From Terriglobia bacterium (GTDB lineage Bacteria > Acidobacteriota > Terriglobia > Acidiferrales > UBA7541), in the NCBI GenBank assembly GCA_963695545.1, contig OY968796.1, positions 3,968,001 through 4,032,000 of the forward strand: a DNA stretch of 64,000 nt. Reading direction: 5' to 3'. Positions 1-9,885 of the stretch are shown piece after piece. The notes below the pieces were generated by a model. That model did not search any database. It saw nothing but the letters and a program-made list of their open reading frames with translations, and was not told the DNA's origin. The stretch's first letter is position 1. Every line of letters starts with the position of its first letter. A program made the translations under genes and the position numbers.

Positions 1-1256
1 CCGCCGTTCGCGATGGCGGACATCACGGTGAGAATCTGAATCGGCGTCACGCCGACTTCCTGCCCCATTGAAATTGAGCCGACCGAAATCGGCGTCCAGT
101 TTTCGAGCCGCCGCATCAATCCCTTGCTCTCGCCCGGCAGATCCACGCCCGTCGGCTGTCCGAACCCGTACGACTGCATATATTGATAAAGTTTCGGCGC
201 GCCCAGGCGCAGACCGATTTTGATCGTGCCGACGTCGCTTGAATGCGCAAGGATGTCCGCGACGCTCAGAACGCCGAAGGGATGCCAATCGTGAATCTTG
301 TGTCCGGCGATATCAATCGAGCCTTCCTGGCAATCGACGACGTCGGTTGGCTTCACGAGGCCCTGATCGATCGCGGCCGAAAGCGTCACAATTTTGAAAA
401 TCGAGCCCGGTTCGTACGCCGCGCTAATCGCGCGATCGATGCGCGAATCCGGCGGGCTGGTGCCCGCAGCGTTCGGATTGAACGTCGGCCAGTTGGCAAT
501 CGCGAGCAGTTCGCCGTTATTCGGATCCTCGACGACCACCGAGCCCGCGATCGCGTGCGTCTCGCGAATCGCGGTTTCGAGTTCGCGCTCGGCGATGTAT
601 TGAATGTTCTGATCAACCGTCAGCACCACGTTGCCAACAACCGCGGGAGGCTGATCGCTGCTATCCATCGCGTGGCGATGCGCATCGGCCAGCACGAGCA
701 TGCGGCTGCCCTGACTGCTGATGCGATCGTCGAGCGCGTATTCGATCCCGCCCAGTCCCTTCTGATCGACATCGACGTAACCAAGCACACTCGCGGCCAA
801 TTCGCGTTTGGGATAAAAGCGCTGATCTTCTTTCTCGAAATAAATGCCCTTCAAGTTCAGCGCATCGATGCGCGCCACGATGTCCGGCGAAAGTTTGCGC
901 GCCAAACGCGCGTAAGTGCGCGAAGATGCAAGCCGCGTTTCAATTTCATCGGGTGACAAATTAAGCGGCCCCGAAAGAAGCTGCGCGACCATCGACGGAT
1001 CGGGGATCTCCGATGGCACCGCGAAACACGTGTCCGCCGGAACGCTCATCGCCAGCGGCCGAAGATTGCGATCCAAAATATCGCCGCGGCTCGGGCTCAC
1101 TTCGACAATCAGACGTTGTTGGTGCTGCGCGCGGGAAAGATAATCGCTGTAGCAGAATAATTGCAGGTAGCCGAGTCGCCCCAGGGCCGCTCCCATCCAG
1201 AGCGCCGCCAGGACGGTGATTAGCAGAATCCGTCCGCGGGGTTGTCGGAAGTCCAT
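1..1256 (-). CDS. ftsI: Penicillin-binding protein / septal transpeptidase FtsI (3' part runs off window)
   Basis: Hand translation from ATG at 1256: MDFRQPRGRILLITVLAALWMGAALGRLGYLQ...RGDILDRN; N-terminal TM, YEPGSIFK (SxxK) and HSSDVG (SxD/N); lies downstream of mraZ-rsmH-ftsL. Confidence 0.93.
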   Translation of the reverse strand, partial: MDFRQPRGRILLITVLAALWMGAALGRLGYLQLFCYSDYLSRAQHQQRLIVEVSPSRGDILDRNLRPLAMSVPADTCFAVPSEIPDPSMVAQLLSGPLNLSPDEIETRLASSRTYARLARKLSPDIVARIDALNLKGIYFEKEDQRFYPKRELAASVLGYVDVDQKGLGGIEYALDDRISSQGSRMLVLADAHRHAMDSSDQPPAVVGNVVLTVDQNIQYIAERELETAIRETHAIAGSVVVEDPNNGELLAIANWPTFNPNAAGTSPPDSRIDRAISAAYEPGSIFKIVTLSAAIDQGLVKPTDVVDCQEGSIDIAGHKIHDWHPFGVLSVADILAHSSDVGTIKIGLRLGAPKLYQYMQSYGFGQPTGVDLPGESKGLMRRLENWTPISVGSISMGQEVGVTPIQILTVMSAIANG

Positions 1257-1331
1257 TTAGCCAATGCGCTCCGCGCAGACCGGTTAAGTGCCGCGCTGAG
1301 CGCGGGCCGAATCCTATGCCCAGAACTCCGA

Positions 1332-1724
1332 TTACTGCGTGGCCACGGCGCTGACCAGCCGGGCCTGCGCCAGCACGGCGTCGCTCGCCGGCGCCTGATC
1401 GGGCGCGATCTGAGAGGAAGCTGGCGCCGTCAAGCCCAGTTGATTGCGCGCGATTTGGTCGATGCGGCCCGGATCGCGGAGGCTCGCCGCTTCCAGTTTC
1501 AATTCCTGGTTGAGCTCGATGGCTTGCGCGCGATCTATCTTGAGCGATTCCAGATTCGAGCGCATTTGTATGCACTCGAAGTGCTGCCAGGCATAAAGCA
1601 GCGCCACCAGAGCCAGAAGCCCGCACATGCCCACCAGGCGCACGCATTCGCGCAGCCGGTCCGGCGCCTTCGGACGTACCAAACGCGAATTGTCGATTCG
1701 CTTGACGGTGTAAAATTCGGTCAT
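1332..1724 (-). CDS. ftsL: Cell division protein FtsL
   Basis: Single TM then coiled coil ending LRDPGRIDQIARNQLGL; between rsmH and ftsI. Confidence 0.85.
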   Translation of the reverse strand: MTEFYTVKRIDNSRLVRPKAPDRLRECVRLVGMCGLLALVALLYAWQHFECIQMRSNLESLKIDRAQAIELNQELKLEAASLRDPGRIDQIARNQLGLTAPASSQIAPDQAPASDAVLAQARLVSAVATQ

Positions 1725-2665
1725 GACGCGCGCTCCAGTTCCATTTTTTCTCCGCCGATTTTTTCCGTGCCGATTTTTTGCGATGCGATTTTTTCCACCA
1801 CGCGCATTTTCGCGCTGCGCGCCCGCGGATTCGCCGCGACTTCGATGTCCGACGCCACCATGGGTTTTTTCGTGAGTATGCGGAAAGCCGCTTCGCGCGC
1901 CAGTTGCTGGAAGCGCTGCTTCACTTGCCGGTCCTCCAGCGAGTGATACGCCAGCACCACCCAGCGTCCTCCCAAAGAAAGCGTGGCAGGGGTCCGAGTT
2001 AGAAACTGCTCGAGTTCCTCCATCTCCCGATTCACCGCTATCCGCAGCGCCAGAAACGTTTTTGTCGCGGGATGCAGTTTCTGCCTTCCCCCTTGCTTTC
2101 GGGCCCCTGCCACAACCGTTGCCAGGTGCGCGGTGTCCCGGATGGGACGCGCGCGTACGATCGCCCTGGCGATTCTTCGTGAATCCCGCTCTTCGCCGTA
2201 TTGATAGAGCAGGTTTGCCAGCTCGCGCTCTTGCGAGCGGTTCACAATTTCGTGTGCGGTCAACGCTTCGACGCTTGCGTCCATGCGCATGTCGAGCGGT
2301 CCGCTGGCGCGGAAGGAAAATCCGCGCTCGGCTTCGTCAAGTTGCATGCTGGAAACGCCCAGGTCGGCAAGAACGCCATCCACCGCCGGCAATCCCAGGT
2401 TCTCGGTCACTTCCCCGATCCTTGAGAATTCTGCATGCACCAGCGTCACCTGCCCTTCGTAGGCTTTCAGGCGCTCACCTGCAATTTCGAGCGCTTGAGC
2501 GTCCCGGTCCAAGCCAATCAAACGACCCCGGCCGCCCATTTGCCGCAAAATCTCAAGCGCATGCCCACCCAGGCCCACCGTCGTGTCTACGTACGTTCCG
2601 CCGGGCCGAATTGCCAGCCAGTGGACGGCCTCTTCGGCCAGCACCGGCGTGTGCAGCGCATTCAA
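1721..2665 (-). CDS. rsmH: 16S rRNA m4C1402 methyltransferase RsmH (MraW)
   Basis: HTPVL, DTTVGLGGH, DLGVSSMQLD..RGFSF, HSLEDR, NPRARSAK motifs. Confidence 0.97.
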   Translation of the reverse strand: MNALHTPVLAEEAVHWLAIRPGGTYVDTTVGLGGHALEILRQMGGRGRLIGLDRDAQALEIAGERLKAYEGQVTLVHAEFSRIGEVTENLGLPAVDGVLADLGVSSMQLDEAERGFSFRASGPLDMRMDASVEALTAHEIVNRSQERELANLLYQYGEERDSRRIARAIVRARPIRDTAHLATVVAGARKQGGRQKLHPATKTFLALRIAVNREMEELEQFLTRTPATLSLGGRWVVLAYHSLEDRQVKQRFQQLAREAAFRILTKKPMVASDIEVAANPRARSAKMRVVEKIASQKIGTEKIGGEKMELERAS

Positions 2666-2668
2666 AAT

Positions 2669-3106
2669 TTAAATTCCCAGCTGATCCAGCGTCTTCTCGT
2701 CGTCGTCTGTGATCGGGTTCTTGCTCAAGCTCTCAAGGAACCGCGCGTGGTTCCAAACGTCGAGGTAGGTGAGATTGCCCAACACGTCCACCTCGCCCTT
2801 CATTTGCGCGGTCTCTCGCAGCACGCCCGGTATCAGCACTCGTCCCTGCCGGTCCATTTCCACCACCTGACCGAAATAATTCGCGCGGGTCAGGAATCTG
2901 ATCTTGGTCCGGTTGTGCGTCGAAAGTCCGGCCAGCTTCGCTTCGATCTCGTTCCAGACCTTCATCGGATAAATCCGCACGTAGTCCCCGTTTTCACTGG
3001 TGACGAAGTACCGCTCGCCGTGCTCCTTCAGGGTTTCCAAAAAAGCGGACGGAATCTTCAGCCTGCCCTTTTCGTCCACTTTTGCCGGATAGTTTCCCCG
3101 AAGCAT
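2669..3106 (-). CDS. mraZ: Transcriptional regulator MraZ
   Basis: Two DxKGR/DxQGR repeats (VDEKGRLKIP, MDRQGRVLIP); first gene of dcw cluster. Confidence 0.96.
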   Translation of the reverse strand: MLRGNYPAKVDEKGRLKIPSAFLETLKEHGERYFVTSENGDYVRIYPMKVWNEIEAKLAGLSTHNRTKIRFLTRANYFGQVVEMDRQGRVLIPGVLRETAQMKGEVDVLGNLTYLDVWNHARFLESLSKNPITDDDEKTLDQLGI

Positions 3107-3145
3107 GTAACCCCACAGATTGACTGAGAATCGTGTTCAATCTTG

Positions 3146-3180
3146 CCACTTTGTTTCACTAGCTCCCACTTGCACCCACT
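3146..3180 (-). promoter_or_regulatory. MraZ-binding boxes (four AGTGGG-like repeats at 10-bp period)
   Basis: Minus strand reads AGTGGG-tgca-AGTGGG-agct-AGTGAA-acaa-AGTGGC, between the promoter and mraZ. Confidence 0.85.
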
Positions 3181-3190
3181 TTGTGCCCCG

Positions 3191-3218
3191 ATTGTAGATA
3201 GAAGTGAAAAGTTGTCAA
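3191..3218 (-). promoter_or_regulatory. sigma70-type promoter of dcw cluster
   Basis: TTGACA (3218-3213), 16-nt spacer, TACAAT (3196-3191). Confidence 0.75.
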
Positions 3219-3480
3219 GCGGAATCAACGGTTATTTACAACATTGTGGAAATCTTTTTGGGCGATGAGGTACTGGCGTCGAACACCACCACCGATTGTG
3301 TCTGTGCGACGCAAGCGATCAAGCGGTAGAGATACGATTGCGGAGCCGAAAAAATATCGTGCCGAAGTGAAACAGACTTAAGCGCGAAATTGTTGCGATC
3401 TGCCTTGAATCAACGCGCCGGCGTTCCACGTTAGCGGATATACAGCCATTTTCAGCGCCACGTTGCTTTCGCGGAATTCC

Positions 3481-4104
3481 TTACGAATCGTAGCCCGGGC
3501 CGCGACGAAATCCGCATTCTTTCCACAACTTCTCCCAACTCCACATCCCGGACGTCACCGCCATCGACAACGGAAATCCGAGCTGATGCGCGAGCATGCA
3601 CACCTGCCCGCGATGGTGGGCTTCGTGAGAGAGCATGTAGCACAGCATTTCCGGGCCAACTGGCCAAGGCCGTCCCCAGCCGTCTCTGCGAAACTTCTGC
3701 ACGCGCCCTCCGCCTCCGAGCGCTTCGGCGAGCATCTCGCCGCAGCGCGCGGCGCTCTGGGCCAATCCCGCGCGCGCCTGCCGCGGCGTGCAGTGCGTGC
3801 GGTCGAGCTGTCGTGGGATTTTCAGGTGCGGAGCCGTAAGCCTCATCCACTTCGTGCGCACGTTGTGCATGTGCGTAAAGATCGCCGCGATGCTGCGGAC
3901 TTTGCCGGGCGGTTTCGCTCTCCACACGGCAGGATCAAGATGTTCGATAAGAATCTGGTTGATGCGATCGTTGGCGGCAAAGATCTGGACTGCGGCTCGG
4001 CCGAATTGAGTGTCAACTTTGTTTTGACGCGTGGTCACGGCTAGCTGCTCCTTGACCCAATGATACTCCCGGGGTGTCGGCCGTCCGGAAGTAATCCACG
4101 TCAT
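3481..4104 (-). CDS. DinB/YfiT-like family protein (start uncertain, may be ~4040)
   Basis: HMHNVR and HEAHHRGQ His motifs typical of the DinB superfamily. Confidence 0.85.
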   Translation of the reverse strand: MTWITSGRPTPREYHWVKEQLAVTTRQNKVDTQFGRAAVQIFAANDRINQILIEHLDPAVWRAKPPGKVRSIAAIFTHMHNVRTKWMRLTAPHLKIPRQLDRTHCTPRQARAGLAQSAARCGEMLAEALGGGGRVQKFRRDGWGRPWPVGPEMLCYMLSHEAHHRGQVCMLAHQLGFPLSMAVTSGMWSWEKLWKECGFRRGPGYDS

Positions 4105-4233
4105 CGCTCATTCGCCACGCAGTAGCGTTCCCGCCGATCATGCAAATTTCCAGCGGACGTATCGGGCGTTTGGATCTTAAAGGGGGATGCTTCTCCGCTT
4201 CGATCTGAATCGTCGGAAAATATCAGCCGCAGA

Positions 4234-4893
4234 CTATTGCGGAGGCGCTTCGATCGTGCCTGCGACGCGCAGGTGCGCCAGATCGCGAAGCATGCGTTGC
4301 TCGTCCGGGCTCAGTCCCTGATTGAATGCCGGATCGTTCAAGCGCGCTTCGCGGTCGGCGTCGCTCAGATTATTGAGCGCGCGCAGGTGCTGCAGGATCA
4401 CGACCTTTCGTTGCGGCGGCAGCAGCGCCCATCGCGGCTGGAGCACGTTGCGCACGTAGCTTTGCTGGTCGGGCGTGAGCCGCTCCCAAACCTGTTCGCG
4501 CTCGCGAATTTCCTGTTGCTGCTGCGGCGAGAGGTTGTTCCACATTTGAAGGCGTTGGCGAATCTGCGCCTGCTGCCCGGGCGGCAGCGAATTGAATCGT
4601 TCATTGTTGCGCATGAATCGCTCTTGCTGCTGCGGCGTCATGTCCTGCAGCCGCTCCACCCACTTCGGCGGCAAGCCCATCATGCGCCGCTCGCCCCCGC
4701 TGCCCGGACCGTTGGGTTGATTTTTCGGCAGGTTCTGCGCGCGCGGCGGCTTCGCGTTCGGTTCTTCGGCGCGCTGCTGGCGATAGGCGGCGAGTTCGTC
4801 AGCGCGCGATTGCGCATTCGCTCGCGCAGCGAACGCCAGGCCGCTCGCAAGCACGAGCGCCACAAGCACCGGGATGGGGCGATGCCAATTCAT
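4234..4893 (-). CDS. Exported DUF3106-like helical repeat protein
   Basis: Signal peptide, repeated W/F..L.P.QQ units; third gene of ECF operon. Confidence 0.75.
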   Translation of the reverse strand: MNWHRPIPVLVALVLASGLAFAARANAQSRADELAAYRQQRAEEPNAKPPRAQNLPKNQPNGPGSGGERRMMGLPPKWVERLQDMTPQQQERFMRNNERFNSLPPGQQAQIRQRLQMWNNLSPQQQQEIREREQVWERLTPDQQSYVRNVLQPRWALLPPQRKVVILQHLRALNNLSDADREARLNDPAFNQGLSPDEQRMLRDLAHLRVAGTIEAPPQ

Positions 4894-4942
4894 ACCGCAG
4901 ACTTTTCCTTTCGACTCCTACTCGTTCGGCGCGTACCGATCC

Positions 4943-5464
4943 TCACATATGTGACGCAGGCTGCGCCGCCGGCGTGGCCGGCAGGTCACTGAGCGCGTCG
5001 AAATTCGCCAGCACATCGTAATTCTCTAGCTCCGGCAAATCGTTGATCATCCGGAAATCGGACTCGCTCGAAGCTTGCGTCGCCGCCGTCGTCGCCGCCA
5101 CAGGCACCGGCGCAACCTGCGTCGGCCTGGACGCGAACCACACGGAGAGCACAAGCAAACAGGAAAGCGCGAATGCCAGTCGCGGCGATGGCACGAGCCA
5201 TCTCCACGCGCTGCCAGCCGGTTCGGCCGCCACGCGCGCGCGCACCGCGGCGTCGAATGACGCGGACGGCTCAATCGGCGGCAGCTCGTCGAGCACGCCC
5301 CACATCGCGCGATACTCCGCGGCGCGCTGCGCGCAGGCCGCGCAAGTCTCGATGTGCGCTTCCATATCGCGCCGCTCGGCCGCACTAGCCGCGCCGTCAA
5401 AATAAGCAATCCATTTCGTTTCGAGCTTCTCGCAGTTCATTTCGACCTCATTTCTATGACCCAC
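4943..5464 (-). CDS. Zinc-binding (zf-HC2) transmembrane anti-sigma factor
   Basis: MNC...HIETCAAC (HxxxCxxC), one TM; directly downstream of ECF sigma. Confidence 0.88.
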   Translation of the reverse strand: MGHRNEVEMNCEKLETKWIAYFDGAASAAERRDMEAHIETCAACAQRAAEYRAMWGVLDELPPIEPSASFDAAVRARVAAEPAGSAWRWLVPSPRLAFALSCLLVLSVWFASRPTQVAPVPVAATTAATQASSESDFRMINDLPELENYDVLANFDALSDLPATPAAQPASHM

Positions 5465-5526
5465 TTCTGTGACTCATTTCCAGTGATCCGCGTTTCCGTC
5501 AATCCTCAATGCCCTTCAACGCCACT

Positions 5527-6120
5527 TCACGGCCTCGGCTGCCCGGCCAGCGGCGCGAGTTCCACGCGCAGCGTTTCATACGCGCGAAACAGCAGCGATT
5601 TCAGCGCCGCTTCCGAGCATTCCAGGATTCGCGCGATCTCATCGTAATCGAGCTCCTGATATTTGTGCAAAAGCACCGCCGCGCGCTGCTTATCCGGCAA
5701 CTGTCCGATGGCGCGCTGAATAAATGCGGCTCGATCGCGCGCGATCAATTCCTGCTCCGCGCCCGGCCGCCGGTCGGCCACTTCCCAACTGGGCGCTTGA
5801 TCGTCGCCAATTTCCATCGGCTGGTCCATCGAGATTTCCATTTGGCGGTGCCGGCCGTCGCGGATGGCGTTCAGCGCCAGATTTGAAGCGATCCGAAACA
5901 TCCAGGTGGTGAACTTCGCGTTCGGCGTATACGTGTTACGCGCGCGATAGACGCGCAGGAAAACTTCCTGCGCCAGCTCTTCGGCCACTCCACGGTCGCG
6001 CACCATGCGCGCCAGAAAATTGACGAGCGGGCAGCGATATTTGCGGAGCAAAAGCTCGAAGGACACCTCGTCCCCGGTGGCTTTTACGTCCAGCATCAAT
6101 TGGACGTCCGACCTTGCCAT
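5527..6120 (-). CDS. ECF sigma-70 family RNA polymerase sigma factor
   Basis: AEELAQEVFLRVY, FTTWMFRIASN, YDEIARILECSEAALKSLLFRA; ATG at 6120 preceded by GGAGG. Confidence 0.93.
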   Translation of the reverse strand: MARSDVQLMLDVKATGDEVSFELLLRKYRCPLVNFLARMVRDRGVAEELAQEVFLRVYRARNTYTPNAKFTTWMFRIASNLALNAIRDGRHRQMEISMDQPMEIGDDQAPSWEVADRRPGAEQELIARDRAAFIQRAIGQLPDKQRAAVLLHKYQELDYDEIARILECSEAALKSLLFRAYETLRVELAPLAGQPRP

Positions 6121-6326
6121 GGCCTCCACAGTGTATCGAACCCGTGTGGAGTCAAAAAGTTGCGGGCGATTCAGGGGTTCCAGAGGGCCTAATAACTTAT
6201 GGGATGCCGCTGGTTCGGGAGGAGGTCGGCGCATCGAGTCCCAAATCGGGAAAGTGCCAAATTTACGACTAAGCCTAACAATTACGGACACTTACAGCGG
6301 AGAGTAAAATCGAGCGCCACTCGCGC

Positions 6327-7403
6327 CTATCCGCTATGCCGGAAAAGAATCGTGTCGCCCTCTTGGACGACATACTCCTTACCTTCAAGGCGAACCTGGC
6401 CCTTTTCGCGAGCCTGCGCCCATCCGCCGGCTGCGATCAATTCGTCCCAGCGCACCACTTCGGCGCGAATAAAGCCGCGCTCGATGTCGCTGTGGATCTC
6501 GCCGGCGGCCTTCTGCGCGGTGGCGCCGCGGCGAATGGTCCACGCGCGCACCTCTGGCTCGCCGGCCGTGAAAAATGAAATCAGGCCGAGCAATCGATAC
6601 GTAGCTTCGATCAAGCGATCGAGGCCCGATTGTTTCAAACCATACGCGGCGAGAAGTTCCGCGGCCTCGGCGCCTTCAAGCTGCGCAAGTTCCGCTTCGA
6701 TTCGCCCACAGATCGGAACCAGCACTGTTCCCGGGCGTCCCGCCAATTGTGAAGCCCCGCGCCGCGCGACCGCGGCATCGAGATCGGCCACTTCATCGTC
6801 GCCCAAATTCAAAACGTAAAGCATCGGCCGCTGCGAGAGAAACATGAAACCACTCATCAGCTTTCGTTCTTCGGCCGAAAATTCCAGTTCACGCAGCGGC
6901 TTCTCCGCCTGAATCGCCGCGCGGCAACGTTCTAAAAGTACCTGCTCCCGCTCGAGCAGCGGATCCTTTTTTTTCTTCAGGTCTTTTTCCACGCGTTCCG
7001 CTCGGCGCTCGATCTGCTCGAGGTCGGCGAGCATGAGTTCAAGATCGAGACTGATTGCGTCACGCAGCGGATCGACGGAGCCGGAAGCGTGCGCCACGCT
7101 CGGATCGTCGAAAGCGCGCAACACGTGCGCCAGCGCATCCACTTCGCGCAGCGGCGCCACCACAGCCGAATCCCGCGCGCGATCCTTCTGCAGTCCGCCC
7201 ACGTCCACGTACTCAACCGTGGCGTAGGTGATTTTCTTCGGCTGAAAAAGCGCCGCGAGCTGCGCCAGTCGCGGCTCGGGCACGCGCGCAATGCCCACGT
7301 GTGTCGCGCCGCGCGCGGCCTTCTCGTCGATCTGCGCGTGCGTTAGGATCTGAAATAGCGTGGTCTTTCCGACCTGCGGCAGTCCGATGATTCCTGTTTG
7401 CAT
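6327..7403 (-). CDS. ychF: Obg-family ATPase YchF
   Basis: GIIGLPQVGKTT, FFTAGEPEVRAW, AGEIHSDIERGFIRAEV, EGKEYVVQEGD. Confidence 0.96.
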   Translation of the reverse strand: MQTGIIGLPQVGKTTLFQILTHAQIDEKAARGATHVGIARVPEPRLAQLAALFQPKKITYATVEYVDVGGLQKDRARDSAVVAPLREVDALAHVLRAFDDPSVAHASGSVDPLRDAISLDLELMLADLEQIERRAERVEKDLKKKKDPLLEREQVLLERCRAAIQAEKPLRELEFSAEERKLMSGFMFLSQRPMLYVLNLGDDEVADLDAAVARRGASQLAGRPGTVLVPICGRIEAELAQLEGAEAAELLAAYGLKQSGLDRLIEATYRLLGLISFFTAGEPEVRAWTIRRGATAQKAAGEIHSDIERGFIRAEVVRWDELIAAGGWAQAREKGQVRLEGKEYVVQEGDTILFRHSG

Positions 7404-7477
7404 GAGCGAGTGATACTAGCATACGCTGCTTCGGCGAGTCGCAAGCAGCCACGCGGCGATTCGCTGGAGTCGCGCGC

Positions 7478-8209
7478 ATGCCCATCGAACCCCACGTCCT
7501 GCACACTCATCGCGAAGCCATAGCTCACCTGAAGCGCGTCGATCCGCGCCTGGCGCGCGCGATCGATCGCATCGTCGAAATCATCGGCCCGTTCGATATG
7601 AAAATGGCCGGCCACCCCGGTCCCTACGAAGCTCTGCTGCGCTCGATTTTTTATCAGCAGTTGAACGGCAGGGCCGCGGCCACAATCCTCGGGCGCTTCA
7701 AAGACCGCTTCGGCAGCGGCGATTTCCCCGCCCCCGCGAAAGTCCTCGCGGCATCGACGCGCCAACTTCGCTCCGTAGGCTTGTCGCGCCAAAAAATCGC
7801 CGCTGTGCGCGATCTCGCGCGCAAGACACTCGATGGAACCGTCCCGCCGCAAGCTGAGATCGAGCTTCTATCGAACGAAGAAATCATCGAGCGCTTGACC
7901 GCCGTGCGCGGAGTCGGCGTCTGGACCGTCGAGATGCTGCTCATGTTCCAGTTGGGACGCCCGAACGTCCTGCCGGTTTCGGATTTCGGCGTGCGCAAAG
8001 GCTTTCAGGTCGCGTTTGGAAAAAAGAAAATGCCGACTCCGAAGGAGTTGTCAGCGCACGGAGAACGCTGGCAGCCCTATCGAACCATCGCCAGCTGGTA
8101 TCTCTGGCGCGCGTCGGAGCATTTGTCCCCGAAGAACGCCAAGCCTGCCGCGCGCGTCCCGGCACGCGCCACTAAGAAGAAATCCAAATCAAAGAAGACG
8201 AAGCGATAG
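7478..8209 (+). CDS. alkA: DNA-3-methyladenine glycosylase (AlkA/HhH-GPD family)
   Basis: YQQL, RGVGVWT HhH motif, LPVSDFGVR, WQPYRT..SWYLW. Confidence 0.88.
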   Translation: MPIEPHVLHTHREAIAHLKRVDPRLARAIDRIVEIIGPFDMKMAGHPGPYEALLRSIFYQQLNGRAAATILGRFKDRFGSGDFPAPAKVLAASTRQLRSVGLSRQKIAAVRDLARKTLDGTVPPQAEIELLSNEEIIERLTAVRGVGVWTVEMLLMFQLGRPNVLPVSDFGVRKGFQVAFGKKKMPTPKELSAHGERWQPYRTIASWYLWRASEHLSPKNAKPAARVPARATKKKSKSKKTKR

Positions 8210-8227
8210 CGGTCGACCCAGACAATT

Positions 8228-8725
8228 TTACGCGCGGTTCTCCGCACGAACGGGCGCAGACGCGTCGCGAGCCGTGAGATAGAGCGCCGCCACGCCCGCA
8301 ACCAAGATGACCACTTCCATCCACACCGAAACGTCGTGCAGATGCTCAAACGCCACGCGGATCGGCATTTCCGGCGGCGTCGCCCACACCGAACCCATCG
8401 TCAGGCTCAGCGCTTCCATTCGCGCGACCACCATGTACTGCGAAATCGCGGTCAATATCACCATGAGCATCACGCATATCGACGCGCCCGAGCCCAACGC
8501 GCGCGCCGACTTCGCGACCAGCATCGTGGCCAGCAGATAAATCACTCCGAGCACGATTCCGGCAACGTGCAATCGCCCGATCAAGAAGGCCACGAGGTCG
8601 CCGGCCTGATCCGGATTCGCCATGGTGCGAAACGCGCCCGGTGCCACGATCGCGCTGAAATAAAGGATCGCGCCCACCCAGGTACCTAACGCGAAGAACT
8701 GCAACAAACGTAACGCTGAACGCAT
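8228..8725 (-). CDS. DUF4149-like four-TM membrane protein
   Basis: W.G...F..IVAP.AF and F..LH..S motifs; four hydrophobic segments. Confidence 0.75.
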   Translation of the reverse strand: MRSALRLLQFFALGTWVGAILYFSAIVAPGAFRTMANPDQAGDLVAFLIGRLHVAGIVLGVIYLLATMLVAKSARALGSGASICVMLMVILTAISQYMVVARMEALSLTMGSVWATPPEMPIRVAFEHLHDVSVWMEVVILVAGVAALYLTARDASAPVRAENRA

Positions 8726-8801
8726 TCAATTATCCTTTAGAATAAATGGCGGGCCAGGGCGCGGCCTCGAAAATCGAACTGCGGTAGCGCGACATTCAAA
8801 A

Positions 8802-8877
8802 TGGTGGGCGATCAAGGATTTGAACCTTGGACCTCTCCCGTGTGAGGGGAGCGCTCTAACCACTGAGCTAATCGCCC
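8802..8877 (-). tRNA. tRNA-Val (anticodon CAC)
   Basis: GGGCGATTAGCTCAGTGGTTAGAGCGCTCCCCTCACACGGGAGAGGTCCAAGGTTCAAATCCTTGATCGCCCACCA; cloverleaf, encoded CCA. Confidence 0.97.
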
Positions 8878-8888
8878 ACGAGCTTTCG

Positions 8889-8917
8889 TTTCTAGCAGAA
8901 GCATCGCGGATTATCAA
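8889..8917 (-). promoter_or_regulatory. Probable promoter of tRNA-Val
   Basis: TTGATA, 17 nt, TG-n-TAGAAA on minus strand just upstream of the tRNA. Confidence 0.55.
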
Positions 8918-8937
8918 CCGACGGGGACGATCGACAA

Positions 8938-9885
8938 ATGAAGATTGCAGTGCGGGATCAGCTTGCAGAGTTGCGCAGCGCCGTCGGCCACGCGATTCGC
9001 GGCAAAGACGACGTGATCGAGCTCGCGATCGTGGCGCTCCTCGCGCGCGGACACTTGCTGATCGAAGACGTTCCGGGCGTCGGCAAGACCACTCTCGCGC
9101 AAGCCCTGGCGCGTTCGTTTCACTGCACGTTCCAGCGCATCCAGTTCACTTCCGATCTTTTGCCGTCCGACGTGATCGGCGTCAGCGTCTTCAATCCCAC
9201 CACGCAGGAGTTCGAGTTCAAGCGCGGCCCGCTCTTCGCCAACGTGGTGCTCGCCGACGAAATCAATCGCACCACGCCGAAGACGCAATCCGCGCTGCTC
9301 GAAGCCATGAACGAAGCGCAAGTGACCGTCGAAAATCACACCTATCCTCTTCCGCAGCCCTTTCTCGTGCTCGCCACGCAAAATCCGATCGAGCACCATG
9401 GCACCTATCCCCTGCCCGAATCGCAACTCGATCGTTTCCTTCTGCGCATCCGCATGGGATATCCCGGGCGCGAGAGCGAGCGCGAAATTCTGCGCCAGCA
9501 TCGCGGCGGCGATGCCTACCGCAGCGTTGAGCCCGTGATGGAAGCTGCCGACGTCGCCGTGCTGCAACGCGAAGTCGAACAAGTTCGCGTCGACGATTCG
9601 CTCGCCGATTACGCCATCGAAATCGTCGAGCGCACGCGCCACGCCGAACAACTCCTCCTCGGCGTCAGCCCGCGCGGCCTGCTCATGCTGCAGCGCGCCG
9701 CGCAGGCCAGCGCCTATATCGATGGCCGCGATTATTGCGTCCCCGACGATTTCAAGCGCCTGATCCTTCCGGTCTTCGCGCATCGCGTGGTCGTCAACAC
9801 GCGCTACGCCTCGACGCAAAAAAAATCCGCGCACGCCGAAGCCATTCTCTCCGAGATCGTCGAATCCACGCGCGTCCCGCTCTGA
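8938..9885 (+). CDS. moxR: MoxR-family AAA+ ATPase
   Basis: EDVPGVGKT, RIQFTSDLLPSD, DEINR, ATQNP.E..GTYPLPE.QLDRF. Confidence 0.95.
   Translation: MKIAVRDQLAELRSAVGHAIRGKDDVIELAIVALLARGHLLIEDVPGVGKTTLAQALARSFHCTFQRIQFTSDLLPSDVIGVSVFNPTTQEFEFKRGPLFANVVLADEINRTTPKTQSALLEAMNEAQVTVENHTYPLPQPFLVLATQNPIEHHGTYPLPESQLDRFLLRIRMGYPGRESEREILRQHRGGDAYRSVEPVMEAADVAVLQREVEQVRVDDSLADYAIEIVERTRHAEQLLLGVSPRGLLMLQRAAQASAYIDGRDYCVPDDFKRLILPVFAHRVVVNTRYASTQKKSAHAEAILSEIVESTRVPL

Noticed and set aside
6132..6163. ECF autoregulatory promoter (GCAAC-16 nt-GGTTC) for the first sigma factor
   Set aside because: Plausible, but too weak to call without a matching consensus
8228..8877. Integrated element at tRNA-Val
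   Set aside because: Flanking genes look like ordinary host genes; no att duplication or integrase seen
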